Both the position numbers and the translations under genes were made by a program. 64,000 nucleotides of DNA from Kondoa subrosea. Lineage: Eukaryota. The notes beneath the pieces are model-generated. The model saw only the letters and a program-made list of their open reading frames with translations, did not search any database and had not been told where the DNA came from. Shown here in pieces: positions 1 through 13,197 of the stretch. Each line of letters opens with the position of its first letter. Positions within the stretch are counted from its first letter, which is position 1. Where the stretch lies: assembly GCA_039545335.1 (NCBI GenBank), contig BCIN01000003.1, positions 1,993,060 to 2,057,059 of the forward strand, read 5' to 3'.

Positions 1-1369
1 AGAATCCTGGGTTAGTTGCTTCTCTCGCATTCGGTACCAATTCCTGATCTTCCTGCTCTAGCTTCAAGCCTTATGTCCATGCAACCGGTAATTCACGATA
101 TTGGTCTCACCGGATTGCAGCTCATTAAATCTAGGACCCATTATCGATTACATGGCCTCTTGCACCAATGGCGATTGTACATCCTTCGATGCCACTGATG
201 CTGACTGGGTTAAAGTACAAGAATTCGGTATTGATATGTCTAAGACTATTGAGCCTGAACTCAGAGGCTTGATGGCCGCTAAACCGTATGCTGCTATCTA
301 CTTGACAATTGGAGATCTGGCTGAATACGTTTCAGTGAGGTTTATCATCCCCTTGGAGCTGGTCTCTGGGCATCAGCCAAGATGAGTGAGTCTGTTGGTT
401 TTGATGTTCAGCAGCAGGCGCTGAACGTTACGCATTTTAGTTCAAGATGGTTCAAGCTGGACTTTAAACATTCCCTCCAGCCTCAAGGCAGGACAGTACA
501 GTATGTCAGTTTTGATTGGTAGCCTTTTATTTTGCTCATACTTTCACGCAAATAGTCTGGAGAAACGATGTGAGCCTACTTCACATACTTCACAGCACCG
601 ACAGCGCAGGACTGACTACTTGTTGAATGGAAAGATGCTCAATATGCACACTGCCAATTCGGCTCAATCTTACGTCGCTTGCGTTCAGCTTGATGTTACT
701 GGTAACGGCAATGCAGGCATTAACGGCGGGACAAAAGCTTACCAGTACGTATACTGATACTGGTGACAGGGTAGTCTGATAAGACGTCTATCCGTCTGCG
801 CAGACTCTACCCTACTTCTGCTTTTAGCGACTTCAACTTATACTCGTCTGATCCATCTTCTTTCAAGATACCTGGACCAGCTTTATACAAATTTGACGGC
901 GCTTCTTCTCCCGCTCCAGCACCTAAATCAGAAGCTACCACTGCTGAAGTTAAGCCGGAGCCTACTCCTGAGCCTAAGCCAGAAGTTCAGCAGCCAAAGC
1001 CAGAAGCTGAGAAGCCTACTCAGGAGAAACCCAAACAAGAAGAGAAGCCCGTTCAACAAAAGCCAAAGGAAGAAGCCAAGCCTACGCCAGCCAAAGAAGA
1101 CAAAGCTCAAGTCACCTCTAGCAGTTCTCTTTCCGTGCCAGCTCGTCACAGAGCTACTTCTCGTTCGTCCAGCATGGTCAAGGAGAGCAAAGCGACTGCA
1201 GCTAGCAAGGAGACTGGCAAGTACACTATTGTCGATCATTCGGACGTGTCAAGCGCGTCTCGAGGTTTGTTCATTTTTCTTGTTTCGGTCCATGATGACT
1301 GATCGGTATTTAGCTCAAGTTTTCTCCTCGCTTGTCGCAATCTCCTCAATTCTGTACTGGTTGATCTGA
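1..1369 (+). CDS. AA9 (GH61) lytic polysaccharide monooxygenase, 5' end outside window; Pro/Glu/Lys-rich stalk and hydrophobic C-terminus
   Basis: Spliced reading gives [70 protein letters not shown] and FKIPGPALY, which match AA9 H..GP, H..QxY and IPGP motifs. Last exon [22 protein letters not shown]. Confidence 0.85.
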
Positions 1370-1682
1370 AACTCTTTCATTCGCCTTTCGTTTGCTTGAA
1401 TAATTGATTGACAGCTTGTTGAACAAGTAAAAGGACAATGACTGGTTTCATTGCGTAATTGTCAGTGCTAGTAGATCATAGCTTATAATTGTATCATTCG
1501 TAAATTTCAGCCGTTGTTCTCGAGACACTCGATCCTGAAACAATGCCGTGTTTGACCAATCAATAGCCGCGTGCAAGATAAGAAGACAAAGGCGCAAACG
1601 CAATGGAATCAAGAGTAATTTGTTTCAATACAATGTAACATACATATTCCGTTTAGAAAGCCCGTTGAAGCAATCATCCTGT

Positions 1683-2306
1683 TTATGATGACTTGCCTCC
1701 CTTTTGACCTTCAACATGAGGGTCTGGTCCATCTTCACCACCGAAACCGTGGTCTGATTGGGTGCGCTTGTCAACTGTGCCATCTTTCTTCAATCCACCA
1801 TGTTCCTTAGGGCGGTAGCTGCACATCGAGAATGAGCGAATGTCGAAGATCAAAGCAAAGCATGAAGAACATACGTTCCAGTGCTGTCATCAGCGTTACC
1901 AGCGGCGTCAGAAGAGCCGCTTGATCCAGTAGAACCAGATTGAGCTCCGCCTTTCTGCTCAGGCAAATGCTCATCAGTCAACGTTTCAGAACTCACGGTA
2001 AATGAATTGAACGAACCTGTCCACCTTCAGACTTGGCAGCCTGAGCTTCTTCGGTCTGGTTTTCCTTGTATCTCATGTCTGGTGTGCCATCGGCTTTCTG
2101 GAAGCGGCATGCAGATCAGATCGAGAAATGACATGCTTGAATAGATGGACATACGACGTGACTGCGGGAGAGTGGAATAGAGAATATGAGCAAGAGAAAT
2201 CCAGAACGAGGCTTGCAAGGCTCACTCAGGGTTAGAGGCCTGTTACGAAGCACAAGCAGTTAGCTTGGAACACACTGCTACGAGCTCGAGGAAAATAGCT
2301 TACCAT
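1683..2306 (-). CDS. Small hydrophilin/KGG-like stress protein (~106 aa, 6 exons), copy 1
   Basis: ATG-only first coding exon, then 14-nt and 7-nt micro-exons. Protein MASNPDHVKADGTPDMRYKENQ...EGGQKGG...GLKKDGTVDKR...EGQKGGKSS. Near-identical inverted copy at 20841-21451. Confidence 0.85.
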
Positions 2307-2645
2307 TGCTTAAGATCGTTTGTGTAAGAGGAGGTAGGAGTAGAGGAGTGATAAAGAAGAGGAAGAGAAGCGAGCCAAAATAATGCGGGAATAAGGTAAT
2401 CGCAATTTCTGCGATCGAATTCCCAACAATACCATATCGAGATATCGATGACGAATCAGCAGTGCGGTCACGGTTGCTGGCTCATAGACGTTGAAATAAC
2501 TGGAAGTGGAATGTAGCGATATAAAAGACACAATATTGCCCACATCAAAGACTGAGATATCAAATGAAAGTTAAAGGACTTTTACATGAGTAACGAACGT
2601 CTATGCCCACAAACCCAAAATTTGAATATCTTGAGGAAAGTTTTA

Positions 2646-4546
2646 CTACTGAGTACGGAACATCAAGCGCTTGCGATTTCGATTTTGAAGACTTCTTTTG
2701 CCAGCAATGCCGGAATATGGTGATGTCCCGTCTAAGCGAGTAGGAGTCGTGATTGGAGGAAGGCCAGAGCAGCTGTCACCTTTCGGGCAAGTCTACGACA
2801 GGTATTAGTGATGTAGCAACAAATGCAAGAAGATCAGCTTACTGAATTTGCTTGCGAAATGCCGGACGACAAGCCCTGAGTGACGCAATCGAGATAAGTG
2901 TCGTAGCAAGCTTCGTATTGAGCTAAGGGAGTGCGGATGAGCGAAAGCAAAGCTTCTATACGATCGCACTTACTACCAGCGCTGACTTGATCGAAAAGAG
3001 CTTGTAGCTCAGATTTGACTTCCGCTTCGCTCATACCTGTATGTTTTGATCAATACGACTCACATTCTGGTCAAGAGCGGTACTAACCTGATTCGGCTGC
3101 CAATTCGATTGTCTTCTGGTTCAAGGCCAGAACTAGAGTTTTAGGTAATGTTGAAACGTATTGAGCTAGATAATTGCGGTATATGTTGAACTTGGCTGTA
3201 AAGTGGTATATTAGATGGAACCTTGTGATGTGGAATAATGACGACTTACATTTTACGACTGCTGCATTTGTTTCTGGGTCACAGTTGGTCTCTTGATCCG
3301 CATCGAGCAGAGTGTTAAGGCACTTGGTAAGGCTGATCGCTAGACTTGCTGTCTCCCCAGATGTCGCCGCGACATTACTGAGAATGGCATCGTTGATCGC
3401 TTTTCGGGTCGCGGCTTGGTATGGGTCGAGAGAAACAGATAAGGATTGCAAACCGATGCTTTGAACGTCGCTGACGATGTTAGGAGGTAGATAGCCAGAG
3501 TATTGGTTGGTAGCGGCGATATAGCTTTCTTCTATCTTAGCGAGAGTAGATTGATCGAAAGATGTTCCGGTGTTACCGAGATCGCATTGAAGGTAGCGAT
3601 CTTTGAGAGCGACGGTGGAAATCATTTGTATGGCCGAAGTGAAGCAATCGAAGGATCGAATAGAAGCGTCCCGCAGAGTTGCCGCTTGCGTTAACTGTAC
3701 ATTTTGAATAGCTCCTTGTGTTTGACTGATGATGGCTTCTGCTCCTGGATAGAGAACGTTGTTGTCCAGATACTTGGTCACGTCTGCTCAGGACAGTCAG
3801 TCATGTCCAGATCGGCGCGCAAATGCAACTTACCTGCTGTCACTGCGTTGATGGCAGCAGCTGGAATGTCAAAGTCGTTGACATTGACGAATTTCTGATC
3901 TGCCATGAGACCTAGACCAGAAGATATGATATGATGAACTTACGACAAATTGATCTCGCAATGAAGCAACAGAATAACCAGATTCTGACAGACAATTTTG
4001 GCCTTCTTGAAGTCCACCTCTGCGTTGCTGTTAGTGCTGAGGGGCGCCAAGCGATCAGACAACTCACTGTTTCACAATTTGGCCGATGCAAGCCTGCAAA
4101 GCTTCGAAATTCGCTCTGTCGCTTCCCAGACTACTAGAATCCAACTGGGCAATGTCTGAAATTACGTCGTCTTGAACGTTGGAAAGCTTTGTTGTAATCT
4201 GGGTCTGCAGGCGTTGCAGCTGTTCGGTAGCTGTAAGATCGTAATTGGCTTGTGAGACTGAAAACGATTTTCATTAGGTGAACGAATAGAGCTGTAATAG
4301 AATTGTATGCCTACGAGGTAGAGACACAGCCTGTTGTACAACACTCTTAATTTCCGGTGGCAAGTCTGAGAATTGTTGTAATGTAGCTGCAACATCGTCC
4401 TGAATGGTTTGTCTGACTTGACCATTGATGAAAGCTCCTGGATTTGCGATGATTGCACCAATGGATGAACGTGCTCGAAGTGCCGTATCGCGTCGGGACA
4501 TCACGACTGGAAGCAGAGCCAATAGGCTCAATGAAATGAATCGCAT
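2646..4546 (-). CDS. Hypothetical secreted, Cys-containing, probably alpha-helical protein (multi-exon)
   Basis: Signal-peptide-like MRFISLSLLALLPVVMS followed by RR. Coding-like ORFs 4274-4546, 3083-3781 and 2834-3034 are joined by canonical introns. Terminal exon ends ...KRSLQNRNRKRLMFRTQ-stop. Confidence 0.7.
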
Positions 4547-5253
4547 TTTGTTATGTGTAAGGGAAAGGAATGTAGGTGATTATGTGAGAATGAAAGACTT
4601 GAAATTGATTGAGGATGATAAATGGCACCAAGATGGCGAATTGAGGACAAGAAAAGATTGATACAACAAGAGACAAACGGAGCGGAACGAACAGAACGAT
4701 CCGCTGAGACAGCCTTCAGGATCAGATTTTGCAAGGCACATCACCTCCGTGACTCGGGGTCCACGTTCTTCTTTAGCGCAGACACAGGCAGAGGATGTGC
4801 TTCTCGTGGACCATGGAATCAAGCAACTCGCCTGAACGTGTTTGGCGAAAAGACACTTGATAGAGAAAGATTTGCAGCCAAATGTTGGATCCAATGGCCT
4901 CCGCCAAGCTTTGTTTCAATAAGTGCAGTCGTGAGCGATGTAGACAAGACGCAGAGGTCACGCAAAGCTGTGCAAAGACTCCTGGACCGAACGGATGTTA
5001 TAGGTCAACAGCCAATCTGCCTTGAATCTGCTTCCTTCAAGTTGTTCCGTCCCCGGCATGTAGTCGCCTGCAGCGACTCGCAACCTGTACTGGTTCTTGG
5101 TGTTCAAGAATTGCAGAGCATGTCATCATTTTTGCACAGCTAGCATCGAATCTTTGAGCGAAAGTTCTACGTACTTGTACTGCCAGTATGTATTATTGCG
5201 GACCAGTTTACGGACCTGTGGTCCACAGTAATAATACATCGCTTCAAAAACCT

Positions 5254-5258
<5 letters not shown>

Positions 5259-5286
<28 letters not shown>
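5259..5286. repeat. (CT)n microsatellite just upstream of the ABC transporter start
   Basis: Direct tctctc run in the sequence. Confidence 0.9.
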
Positions 5287-5311
5287 CTTTGTGTTCTCCT
5301 CTGTTCTGGTT

Positions 5312-8300
5312 ATGCCCTTCTGTTTCGATGACTGGTCTTTCAGCAGCAGCGCTTTCCCTGGTTCGAGCTGCCGGACTCTGGATTTCAATCTCGCGTTTTC
5401 CAGCTTACTACTATCCATCATACCCAGTCTGTGCTATATCATTGTTTCTGGTATCAGATTTTCTGCGCTTTTGCGAAAAAGCACTAAAGTGGATGATATA
5501 CCTTCGTGGCTTTACTATGCAAAGACATCTACTGGAAGTCTGAACATCATAGGCTGTGCTGTGGCTTTGATCGGTGGAGCTATAAACGGAAGTCTACCAG
5601 TCGTCGGAATCGCAGCTCTAGTCTTAGCTTTACCAGCAGCGGTATGCGCATTCTTCCTGCGGGCCTGAACAGACATTGATGGCTTTGCAGATCCTGGTCC
5701 TATTGCAATCACTTCTGGAACACAAAAGAAGCCTGGCATCATCACAGCTCCTCACGATCTTCCTCTCGTTGGTCATTATTTTCGATGCTGCGCGTCTAAG
5801 AAGCTTGATCGAGATCGGTCTGCTGCACGACAAACCAACTTTGGTGGCCGGAATAATCTGTAGCATAGCAGCCCGGCTTTCACTGCTAATACTCGAGAAC
5901 GCGTCGAAGAAGTTCTGTCTCAGAACCGATCTGAAAGAAAAGGTAGCTCGTTCATTCTTCATTTTGCAGTGCTAGCCTAAGCTGCATCGCCAGAAACTTG
6001 CATCGCATCTCACAGCATCGCCGATCTCTCGCTGGTTGCTTCTATGGTTCTGGACTTTGTTGCTCAAAGGTGCTAAGAATTCGACGCTTCGCATGCAAGA
6101 TTTGGGAGAAGTCGAGCACGATTCAGCCCATTACCATGCACGCTTTGAAAAGGCTTGGCTTATCCACAAAAACAGCAATTATCCGTTACTACGATCTCTG
6201 CATGCCGCTTTCCTCAAAGAATTACTCATGCCTCTTCTCCCAACTCTTTGCTGGGCATGCCTCTTGAGCGTCTCACCTCTCAACCTGTCGGCTATTCTAG
6301 ATTTTCTCAAGTAGGTCTATCAGCCCAAGCTGTGCCCCTTGGCTAAAGACTTTGATAGTTCTTGGAAGACCGATTCTCCTCAACCCGTTTCCTACGGCTG
6401 GGCAATGGTCGTCGCTTACGGACTAACTTATCTATCTACACCAATCGTCGTCAACAGCGCTTATATTTCAGCTTACCGTGCAGTTGCTATCTTTCGGCAA
6501 GTGTTAATTGAAGCCATTTATCGCAAAGCAGTCAGTCACAGCCGATACCTGTGGTCGAAAGCCATATGCTGACTATTATTTGAACCAGATGGTTATGCAT
6601 TCGCGGGTTGGCAACGAGGTCGGGCTGGGTTCTTTGTCATCTTATGTCAGTCACTCTTTTCGACCTCAAAATAACGGAGCTCAGCGCATATTTTCTATAG
6701 GTCAGCGTGGACATGGAGAGAATCTCGTATGTGTCTTCCGCGTGCTTATGCTTCCTGACTGATTTCCAAGTGTAGAGCTAACGCTTTTCTGCCGTATCAA
6801 TTTATCGCTCTTATAGTTTTGGTAATTTTGGGCATGATGTGAGGCTTCTTTTATAACTGTGATACGAAAGCTCATCTACCCAGCATCATCGCCAATCAGA
6901 TTGGTTTGGCTTTCTTAGCTAGCTTAGTCGGCCTACTCATCGCAATTGCGCTCATACCAACCACGGCTGTCAACTTCACGATCGATCAGGAGAATTGGTC
7001 TCGCAGCACCGATCAGCGTATTTTGTCCCGGTTGTTCAGGTCCTGATGCGTGCTGAATACTTACACAGGCGTACGATTTTTGACTTCCGTGGTAGAATGT
7101 ATGAAAGCTGTCAAAGCAGCCGCTTATGAAGTCACACTCTCGACTAAGTATAACGCTCTGCGAGAAAAGGAACTTAGCGTTATGCAAAAGTATAGGGTGC
7201 GCTATGCTGCCACTGCTATTTTCTACAATTTCATCTACGGTAAGCAGCTTTTTACTCACAATTCTCATACGACACTGATTTCAATTGACAGCTATAGTGC
7301 GAGTCGTATCAGTCAGCAGCTTTGCTCTCGTCGCAAAGTACTCAACCACAAAGACTTTCGCCTATAAGCCTGTATTCGTGACAATCGCTATGGTGGAAAC
7401 AATCTCCACTGTTTTCTTTGAGATTGTTTGGAATGTAAGTCTGGTCTACCTGGAGAGAAGCTTGGGAACTCATTTGAACACAGTATTCCAAAATCTTGAG
7501 TATGTTACTTGTTATACGCAATTCGGGGGCTGACACTTCAGTCTGTCAGGCGCGTGGTCGTCACTGATTAGAGTCGAATCCTTCCTGCTAAAACAGGAGG
7601 TTAATCTATCGGTTGACTCGTCCTCTGCCAGGTCATCTGCTAGCACCTCGACCGAGAAGTTTCAGGAGAAGTCAGTGTCGCAATCTCCTTCGATTGTGGT
7701 CAAAGATGCTGCGATTGGCATGCAACACAACAAGTCAAGATTCATACAAGACCTCGACTTCACGTGTTTGCCTGAAAACTTGACTATGATCTTGGGCAAA
7801 GTTGCTGCAGGCAAATCTTCTCTTTTGCTAGGTCTGCTGGGAGAGTACGATCTTTTACAAGGCTCTATCAACATGTCTCCTGTCAACCCTAGTATTGCTT
7901 TTGCATCGCAAGATCCTTATCTTCAAACGAATCTTTCGATCAAGAACAATATCTTGTTTGGCAAAACCTTTGACGATCGCCGATATAGTCAGACTCTGTC
8001 TGCTTGTGCTCTCGATGTAGACTTGGGGTATATGGCCGAAGGAGATCGGACGTTCGCTTCTGGGTTGAGTGGAGGTCAACGGGCTGTAAGTGTGAAGCCT
8101 TTTCAATGCGAAGTCACTGATCTGTTGAGCAGCGCATCGCACTTGCTCGCTGTGTCTACGCTGATGCTCAGCTCACTGTGCTCGACGACGTCTTCAGCGC
8201 TCTAGACAATAAGACTGAAGACATCGTTTGGCGGAAGCTATTCTCAACTACTGGTCTGCTATCTCGAAAGACCGTCATTATGGTCACCAACGTTGTCAAG

Positions 8301-11091
8301 CGATTCAAAGAAGCAGATCATATAGTCTTTCTGGTTGATCGCCATCAGACACATCAAGGCGCATACAAGGAATTGGTGCAGGAGCAAGAGTTCGAGGCGT
8401 TTTTAGCGCTTGGTCGCATGTCAGCAGATGATGTAGTCGCCAAAGCCGTATCCAACTCTGCCTTTCCGATACTGCAGAGTACCCACCAACATTCCTCTGA
8501 AGGTGAAGCTATATCAGAGCAAGTCAACATCGAAGCACGATTAGCTGCTAAACAGCCTGTACTGCCTACTGTTGCTCAATTTTTGCGTATGTGCGGATTG
8601 GTGCCCGCAACAGTAGCGGTTATCTCCACTCTTTTGGGTATGTTACTACATTGTCGCAGAGCTTCAAAGCTAAAGCCGGTGCGCAGCCTTCTGCATTCTT
8701 TTCGTCAGTCATCCGTTGGCTACATCAACTGCTCTGAGCCATTACTGATAGGCTTTCAGGCGCCCTACCCGCTATACATGCGAGGCTGGACGTCGAATGC
8801 TTCAAACAAAAAAGATCAGCAGGCATGGAGCTGGGTCGGTGGATTGACCGCACTTCTTGTACTATGTGTGCTATGCTCAATGGTGTCATGGGGCAGTAAG
8901 TCTATCACATGATGTCGAAACTGTGCTGAATCTACTCAAAGTCCGGTACACGACTATTGCGACCAAGACTTCTCGCTCTTTCCATCAGCAAGCCGCTAAA
9001 GCTTGTCAGTCTGGGATACAAATAGTTTGCTGATGCCTGACCGATACCACAGTGTTTAATGCGTCTCCTCGATATTTCGACTACTTCTCGTCGGCATTCA
9101 TTACCAACAGATTCAGCAGGTGAGGATCTCTGGTTCAATGATCATAGAGAATCTGACGCCCAATGTAGCGATACCAGCCAGTATGACGTGGATTTCTCGA
9201 TCGCGGTCTTTACACTTTGTTTGCCGCTTGCGACTTCTTAATGTGGAACATGTTGATTGTCGATGCCAGTACAACAATTGACAGTTATTGTCTCGCAAAT
9301 TATGTTAGCACTGTAGTGGCCTAGCTGGATCGACTCTGACGTGTGTGCAGTTTGATGGCCTTGGGTTCGGTCTACACCTTAGCAGTATTGGTATGCTTCG
9401 GGCATGTGCACATTGAATCTGACTGAAACTCACACTTCACTTCATCTCAGGCGGTTGCAGCTTTCATAGGCGAGATTGGTCGGCGGTTTTACATGAAAAC
9501 TTCTGCGTCGTTACGGGCGTTAGAAAGTGCAGCTAAAACTCGTAAATATGATACGCCCGACTTACATCAGTCTGCTAATCATCTATCTACAGCGCTATAT
9601 GAAGCTTGCGACGAAGTCTTGAGAGGCCTAGTCACGTCAGTCTGGCTTGATCAGCTGTCCTTGTTGCTGCTTATGGCCTTTTCACAGTATCAGGGCATTT
9701 TCACAGCAAAAGCAACTTACGGTCAAAGCCACTACCCGCATAACAGACGCTACCAAGCCCTTCCTTGACCTTCAAATAGCAAGGCAGTGGTTTCTGTTGA
9801 TGCTTGGAATAGCGGTCTCTCCTCTGTCCATGATTATGCTTGCTGTCGCTGTCGTCAATCGAGCCGATAGCAATACTTCTTTAGCGCTCGGTAAGCGCAG
9901 TCGTTCGGGCTTGATGCAGGATCCTGACCATCTTACAGGTCTTCTTCCTCTACTTGTGTTGCCTCGTGAGTCTTCTCACACCTGAAGCGGGCGCGTTGCT
10001 GAAATGCTGCACAGGCGTGCTACAAGGAACTTTTGACGCCGTTACTCTGTTGGAAATCTCCAGCGTTTCCGTTCATCGCATCAACACAATCATCAATGAG
10101 CCACCTGAAGAAGTCGGTACAGATCTCACTATTACCCATCCCGATTCATCTTGGTTGGAAGAACCTTCAATCTCGTTTAATAACGTTACTCTCCGTTACT
10201 CTGCAGAAGCACATCCAGCGCTCAACAGTCTTTCGCTGAAGATCCCAGCAGGAGCAAGGGTAGGTATTTGTGGTCGAACAGGAAGTGGGAAAAGCACATT
10301 GTTGACAGCTCTGTTTCGATTGGCCGATATTCAAGATGGAACAATCTCAATCAACGGTCGAGATATATCCACTTTACCGTGTCAGAGTCTAAGAAGCAGT
10401 ATGAGCTTGATCTCTCAAGAACCGATGCTGCTTTGCTGCAGTCTAAGAGAAGTGGGTTTTATCATTGTTATCTGCCGACTGATTGTATGCTGAAGGATGT
10501 CACAACAGAATCTGGACCCAGAAGGCGTTTCTGAAGATGTCGCAATTTGGGCAGCTTTGGAGCAAGCGCAATGTAAAGCTTTCGTTGAATCTCTGCCTGA
10601 AAAGTTGGATCATGAGATTGCTGCTGGTGGACAATCGATCAGCAAGGGAACAAGGCAATTACTAGCTTTAGCGAGAGCACTTTGTCAGTCTCTCCCTCTT
10701 CGTCATGTAATCAAACCTGATGCCTGTTGATAGTGAGGAAGAGGAAAATCTTATGCCTTGATGAAGCCAGTGCCAGTCTAGACAAAGCTACAGATTTGGG
10801 TGAGTTGGAACATCAACTGATTTGCTATAGCTCATCATACCTTCACAGCTGTCCAAAATCTGCTACAGAACGCTTTCAAAGGTGTGACTCTAATCGTTGT
10901 CGCACATCGAATCTCGTAAGGCTAGCTTGTGGTTCTGCTGTTTCCTCTGCTCACTCAGACGCAGGACAATCATGGATATGGACACTATCATTTGTCTAGA
11001 GCAAGGGAAGATCATCGAACAAGGATCACCTCAAGACTTGCTGAAGAAGCCTGAAGGAGTTTTCGCTACTCTTGCTAGCTTGGATCATTGA
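5312..11091 (+). CDS. ABCC/MRP-type full-length ABC transporter
   Basis: TMD0-like start (CFDDWSF...CRTLDFNLAFS). NBD1 has GKVAAGKSS, LSGGQR and LDDVFSALD. NBD2 has GRTGSGKST, LDEASASLD, VAHRI and IIEQGSPQDLL. Confidence 0.92.
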
Positions 11092-11362
11092 AAGTATCAG
11101 CTAGTATCGCAAAACACAGCAAGTAGACAGGGAGACGAGACTGAATAGAGAAAGAGAACTATTGTATCGTATCGTCTTTAGCACATAGATCACAAGCATG
11201 CTTTGTTTCAACTGCCGGCACAAGCAAAGAGTAGAGTAGTTTGAAAGCCGATAGCACCGAAAGAATTATTACGAAAGATCATGGCCTCTATATGTTTGCA
11301 CCACCCTGTTTCCCCTTGCTGCCTTCCTTCCAAAGCCATACGATCGATCTCATGCAGCAAAC

Positions 11363-13085
11363 TTAGGATTGCTTGCTGTGAGTGGTGTTGCATATGAGCA
11401 ACAGCTCCAATTGATTCTCATGCAACAAAGCTTACCATTCTGCTGGATCTTGGCTCGAGCTAGGAGTGACACCCATAGCTCCTGGTGGAGGGCGACTTGA
11501 ACCACCTTCAGAATCATCATCGCTGTGAGCAAATTCGCGCCACTCAGCGCTCTTCACGCACACAAACAGGATTCTATCCAACTCACTCATACTCATCAAA
11601 CTCATCATCCGATTCGATATCCAAATCATTCTCATACTTGAGTGCTTTACCAGTAAAGTAATCAACCGCACGAGGAATAACTCTTTCTTTGATATCTTCA
11701 CCAATCTGGTAATCCAACTCCAACTTGGATTCAATATCGGCTTCCAAATCTTCATCATCTTCTGCATCATCTTCGGGCATGACGGGTGGTTTGAAAAAGT
11801 TGAAAAAGGAATCAGTTGGAACTTGTTTCTTAATGATTCGAGTTTGTTGCGTGTTCTTGTTGCGCTGTTTCTTGGTTTCGGTCTTGGTTGTCAGATCTTT
11901 GCCTTCCTTCCAGGCGATTTCGCTGTAGTTGAGGATATGGCCCTCAGCATAGTTAATATGCAAAAGCGAATCCAAACCTACGTTCCCTCGGCGTGATCAT
12001 AGATGAAATCTCCCTCGTACTAGATCCGATCATGATTAGCTACTCTTCAATAGTTCTATGAGAGACTGGTCGCTCACACCAACTTCATCTTGGTAGATAT
12101 AAGTCTTTTCCAAAACCTTTTGCTCAAAGAAATCTTTGGCGCCTTCAGTGAATTCGAAAAGCAGTTTGAAACCTGATCGACCGTCCAAGTATTCTACGCG
12201 GATATCGGAAAGGAACTTGAGCGCTTCTACATCCCTTTCGGTGATGAGTTCTGATAGACCCATATGGTTCTTCAATGCAGTCAACCAGAATTCGGGAATA
12301 CCCTGTCATTCGAGCACACGCTAGCATCAGTCAAGTCTGAGAACCAGTATCACCGAACTGACCTTTGGTGCGGCATCAATTTCAGCTTGAGTAGGTTTCG
12401 GTCTTTGAGCTTTTGGTTCTTGATCATCTTCATCCTCATCATCTGAATCTTCTTCATCCTCATCCACTTTCTTACCCTTTTCAACCAAATCATCCGAAGG
12501 TTCTTGAGTACCAGCAACAATTTTCGCCCGTTGCTCATACAAAGGTGTATACTTTTTCAAATACTTCTTTTCCAATTCCAACAGTTCCGCTTGGAATTCA
12601 TTTTCAATCTTAGATTGCTCTACTTGCAGACCTTGTAAACCATCCACTCGGTGTCTGATTGCTAAGGGTAAAGCTTCCACATAACCTGATGATCTTCCCA
12701 TTAGGCCAGCGAGTTTGCCTTCAACCATAGCGGAGAATGCAGGGTTCTGTGCGTTGACTACAATTCAGAGACATGCCCAAGCATGTACGATAAGAGGGTA
12801 GAACACACGCGTAAAAGGTCTTCACGGGATAAACCACCTGAAGCAGCGTTGGCTGAAGAAATTACAGGTAAATCAGCTTCATCTTCATCTCCTTCTTGAA
12901 TATTTGGTGGAATCGAAGGTTTGCTCAATTCAGTTTGCAAAGTATGTTGAGCTGGTGTATTTTCTGTTTAGTAGTGATATCGCGGGCAAACGTGAGTTTT
13001 GGTTTCAAGAAAGTGCAGCACACGACTAACGAGGTGTGTCTGGCACTTGCTTGCCTGCTCCTGAAATCTTTGTAGCGCTTGACAT
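11363..13085 (-). CDS. NAP1: Nucleosome assembly protein 1
   Basis: GRSSGYVEALP, LELEKKY..LY, GIPEFWLTALKNH, IAWKEGKDLT, DSFFNFFKPP, LELDYQIGEDIKERVIPRAVDYFTG. C-terminal ECKQS CaaX-like end after the last intron. Confidence 0.95.
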
Positions 13086-13197
13086 TGCTATTCCAAGTCT
13101 TTATTGGTGTGACAAGGTCAAGAGCAGAAAAATGCTTTCTATTCCGAAACCTCGCACACGCCACTCCGCTATCGTGCTAGCAGACCCTACAGCAAGC

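Noticed and set aside
893..1369. 158-aa Leu/Lys-rich ORF and its antisense 103-aa ORF
   Set aside because: Off-frame and antisense shadows of the AA9 linker; only the last ~18 codons are the real final exon.
4622..5143. 173-aa ORF and short minus-strand coding-like fragments between the secreted gene and the ABC transporter
   Set aside because: No motif and no consistent splice model; most likely divergent promoter sequence or an unidentifiable relic.
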